A DNA stretch of 64,000 bases. Source: Verrucomicrobiia bacterium. GTDB taxonomy: Bacteria > Verrucomicrobiota > Verrucomicrobiia > Limisphaerales > UBA11358. A program made the position numbers and the translations under genes. The stretch spans positions 8,575 to 72,574 of the forward strand of contig DASXYX010000026.1 in assembly GCA_036502245.1 (NCBI GenBank), read 5' to 3'. Shown piece by piece: positions 61,330 to 64,000 of this stretch (the stretch's first letter is position 1; each line of letters starts with the position of its first letter). The notes under the pieces are model-generated. The model did not search any database and was not told the DNA's origin. It was given only the letters and a program-made list of their open reading frames with translations.

Positions 61330-63864
61330 TTATTTCCCAACAGCCTTGTCTTCGGGGATGCGCATGCCATAGAACGAGCGGTACACGAAGATCAGCGCGA
61401 TGACGAGGCAGACCGTGCCGATAATGATCGAGGTATGCGAATTGGACTGGGACGGGTCCGCCGTGCTGGATTTTTTCATCGTCACAGCGATTTCGGTAGC
61501 CAGAAGGCCGAAAAGCGTAGTGAACTTGATGATGGGGTTCATGGCCACCGAGCTGGTGTCCTTGAACGGATCGCCAACGGTGTCGCCGACGACGGTGGCG
61601 GCGTGCAGGGGGGTTCCCTTTTGGCGCAGATCCACTTCGACGATTTTCTTGGCGTTGTCCCACGCGCCGCCCGCGTTGGCCATGAAGATGGCCTGAAACA
61701 AACCAAAGAACGCGATGCCGACGAGATAGCCGATGAAGAAATATTGGTTAAAGAACGGCAGGCCCAGGGCCAGGGTGAAGACCACCACAAAAATATTGAT
61801 GAGTCCGCGTTGGGCATAGACGGTGCAGATCTCCACGACCTTTTTGCTGTCGGAAATGGAGGCGGTGGATTTGTTCAGGTCGAGATTTTCCTTGATGAAA
61901 ACGACTGCGCGATACGCGCCGGTGACCACTGCCTGCGCACTGGCGCCCGTGAACCAATAGATGACCGCGCCGCCCATGATCAGGCCGAAAATAACCTGCG
62001 GTTGGATCAAGCTAAGATTCTCGAGCGCGTCGCCGCCGGACACCCGGTTGAGCAACATGACGATGCCGAAAATCATGGTCGTCGCGCCCACGACCGCGGT
62101 GCCGATGAGCACCGGCTTGGCCGTGGCCTTGAAGGTGTTGCCCGCGCCGTCGCCCTTTTCCAATTCCAATTTGGCTTCATGGAACGCCGGCTTGAAACCG
62201 AAATCACGTTCGATTTCTGAGGCCACGCCGGGTATGGATTCGATACGGCTCAATTCAAAGACTGATTGGGCATTGTCGGTGACCGGCCCAAAGCTGTCCA
62301 CGGCGATGATCACCGGCGCCATGGCCAGGAAACCGAAGGCGAGGAGGCCGAAGGCAAAAATCGGCGCGGCAAAAGCGAAATCCGGCGGCAGCAAGCGTGT
62401 CAGGTCTCCCGTTTGCGAAAATAAATAAGAGATGAACATCAACGCCAGGATGACCAATCCCATCCAGAACGCGGAGAAATTTCCGGCGACGAAGCCAGAC
62501 AAGATATTCAATGAAGCGCCGCCCTGTTCGGAAGAACGCGTGACTTCCCTGACGTGGCGGCTGCTGGTGCTGACAAAAATTTTGGTGAATTCCATGATGA
62601 GCGCGCCGGCCAGCGCACCGCAGGAAATGATGCCTGCCAGCGACCACCACAGGCCTTTTAAGGGCGCGCCATGGGCATCCACCATATCCCCAAGCAGCAA
62701 CCAACTGGCGCCCAACGCGACGATGATTGCCATAATGCAATTCGTCCAGACCAGTTCTGACAGTGGCGATTCCCAGTTGAAATCTTTTTTGCCTCCGAAA
62801 CGTGAATTGCTCGCGAACTTGCTAAGGTAGAACGAGACCAAAGAGGTGAGCACCATCAGGATTTGGATGGCAAACAGCCAGATGATCAGTTTGCCGGCTT
62901 GCATCTGCAACTGGTCGCCGGCAAAGGCCAGCGCGATGAATGAAATCAGCGCTACACTCGTGACGCCATAGGTCTCAAAACCGTCCGCGGTAGGGCCAAC
63001 GGAATCGCCCGCGTTGTCACCGGTGCAATCGGCGATGACGCCGGGATTCTTCGGATCATCTTCGGGCAGGTTGAAGACGATCTTCATGAGGTCGCTGCCG
63101 ATGTCCGCGATCTTGGTGAAGATGCCGCCGCCGATGCGCAAGGCCGCGGCGCCCAATGATTCGCCGATGGCGAAGCCGATGAAGCACGGCCCGGCCAGGG
63201 TGGACGGAACGAATTTAAGAATACAAATCATGCAGAACAATTCCACGCAGACCAACAGGAGGCCGATGCTCATGCCGGAAGTCAGCGGGATGAACAGCGT
63301 TTTGAGCGAGTCACCTTTCAGCGAAGCGAACGCCGCGCGGGAATTGGCGGTCGTATTGATGCGGATGCCGAACCACGCCACGCCGTAGCTGCCCAGAATG
63401 CCCAGGATTGAACAACCCAGGATGACCAGCACATTCGGGATCGGGGTATGTTCCAGTCTGGCGAAGTAATAGATCATGCACACTGCGATGACGACCCATA
63501 ACGCGGCCAGGAATTTGCCCTGTTGCGTCAAATAGGTCTTGCACGTTTCCCAGATGATGTTCGAGACGTCGCCCATGGATTTATGGACGGGCAAACCGCG
63601 CGTCTGGAAATATTGGAACATCCCGAACAGCGCGCCGACGACGCACACTGCCAGGCCAAAGTAGAGGATGGCCGTGCCGCTCAAGTTGTGATTGACGAAG
63701 GACACGTCCAACGACGGCAGTTTGATATCGGCATCGCCTGCGAAGCAGGGCGTGGCGCAGGACATTGCGGCCAGTGCGACGGCGGCTTTAATGAGTTTTT
63801 TGGTTGCTCCCATATGTGCAAAGGGCTGCGAAGTTTGCATGAGTCGATAATGAATTTCCAGCAT
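61330..63864 (-). CDS. hppA: membrane-bound proton/sodium-translocating pyrophosphatase
   Basis: About 16 TM helices with the signatures GDNAGD, DTVGDPFKD and GGAWDNAKK. The likely true start is ATG 63813 (MGATKKL), which gives a signal-like N-terminal extension. Confidence 0.9.
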   Translation of the reverse strand: MLEIHYRLMQTSQPFAHMGATKKLIKAAVALAAMSCATPCFAGDADIKLPSLDVSFVNHNLSGTAILYFGLAVCVVGALFGMFQYFQTRGLPVHKSMGDVSNIIWETCKTYLTQQGKFLAALWVVIAVCMIYYFARLEHTPIPNVLVILGCSILGILGSYGVAWFGIRINTTANSRAAFASLKGDSLKTLFIPLTSGMSIGLLLVCVELFCMICILKFVPSTLAGPCFIGFAIGESLGAAALRIGGGIFTKIADIGSDLMKIVFNLPEDDPKNPGVIADCTGDNAGDSVGPTADGFETYGVTSVALISFIALAFAGDQLQMQAGKLIIWLFAIQILMVLTSLVSFYLSKFASNSRFGGKKDFNWESPLSELVWTNCIMAIIVALGASWLLLGDMVDAHGAPLKGLWWSLAGIISCGALAGALIMEFTKIFVSTSSRHVREVTRSSEQGGASLNILSGFVAGNFSAFWMGLVILALMFISYLFSQTGDLTRLLPPDFAFAAPIFAFGLLAFGFLAMAPVIIAVDSFGPVTDNAQSVFELSRIESIPGVASEIERDFGFKPAFHEAKLELEKGDGAGNTFKATAKPVLIGTAVVGATTMIFGIVMLLNRVSGGDALENLSLIQPQVIFGLIMGGAVIYWFTGASAQAVVTGAYRAVVFIKENLDLNKSTASISDSKKVVEICTVYAQRGLINIFVVVFTLALGLPFFNQYFFIGYLVGIAFFGLFQAIFMANAGGAWDNAKKIVEVDLRQKGTPLHAATVVGDTVGDPFKDTSSVAMNPIIKFTTLFGLLATEIAVTMKKSSTADPSQSNSHTSIIIGTVCLVIALIFVYRSFYGMRIPEDKAVGK

Positions 63865-64000
63865 AATTTAATTAAAAAAGTGCACTCGCCCGAGGCGTTT
63901 TATCTGGGTTTTGAGGCTTTTTTGGTTTTTAGCGCAATCGCGCTTGCCGCTGCGCGGCGCATGTTTCATGCTGCTGCATGGCCGAACGCCCAGTCTCTAC

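Noticed and set aside
1-64000. CRISPR arrays, rRNA genes, integrases, reverse transcriptases, prophage structural genes
   Set aside because: I looked for regularly spaced direct repeats and for hallmark motifs in all tracked ORFs and found none. The only regular repeats are the dispersed REP-like families described in the features and findings.

Overview
This 64-kb chromosomal window has about 70 supportable protein-coding genes and three tRNAs: Lys-UUU, Gly-GCC and Ser-CGA. I found no rRNA, CRISPR array, integrase or intact prophage. The gene content includes a DUF1559 prepilin-like protein, DUF1080, GspF/PilC, MlaFED, LpxA, a heptosyltransferase, a membrane pyrophosphatase and many short GC-rich palindromic intergenic repeats. 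By inference only, this suggests a diderm genome of the PVC type (Verrucomicrobiota/Planctomycetota-like). Most of the window is housekeeping: metF, recA, lpxA, ubiE, hppA, helicases and envelope biogenesis. Five accessory patches stand out. (1) A REP-associated tyrosine transposase (RAYT) is bracketed by two near-identical 100-bp repeats (4381-5206). (2) A visibly lower-GC island (about 28.7-32.9 kb) carries a tightly coupled four-gene cassette (DUF2971-like, Sel1-repeat, degenerate receiver, J-domain) followed by an MNT/HEPN pair. This is my best candidate for an undescribed system. (3) A roughly 1-kb remnant next to tRNA-Ser carries VapBC and is bounded by partial duplicates of the tRNA 3' end. 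(4) A lower-GC insert after recA encodes a SUKH-DUF6883 fusion plus DUF4926. (5) A RelE/ParE toxin-antitoxin pair lies at 57956-58431. Other notable features:
- an exported protein of about 18 tandem 19-aa repeats that leads the mlaEFD operon beside an MMPL/RND exporter
- a tandem thymidylate-kinase-like pair in which one copy has a degenerate P-loop
- a membrane-anchored GrpE-like protein
- an isolated EboD/EboF-like gene pair
- a palindromic intergenic repeat family with one copy embedded in frame inside the AddA-like helicase-nuclease gene
All functional calls come from reading motifs in the supplied translations. No database search was run.
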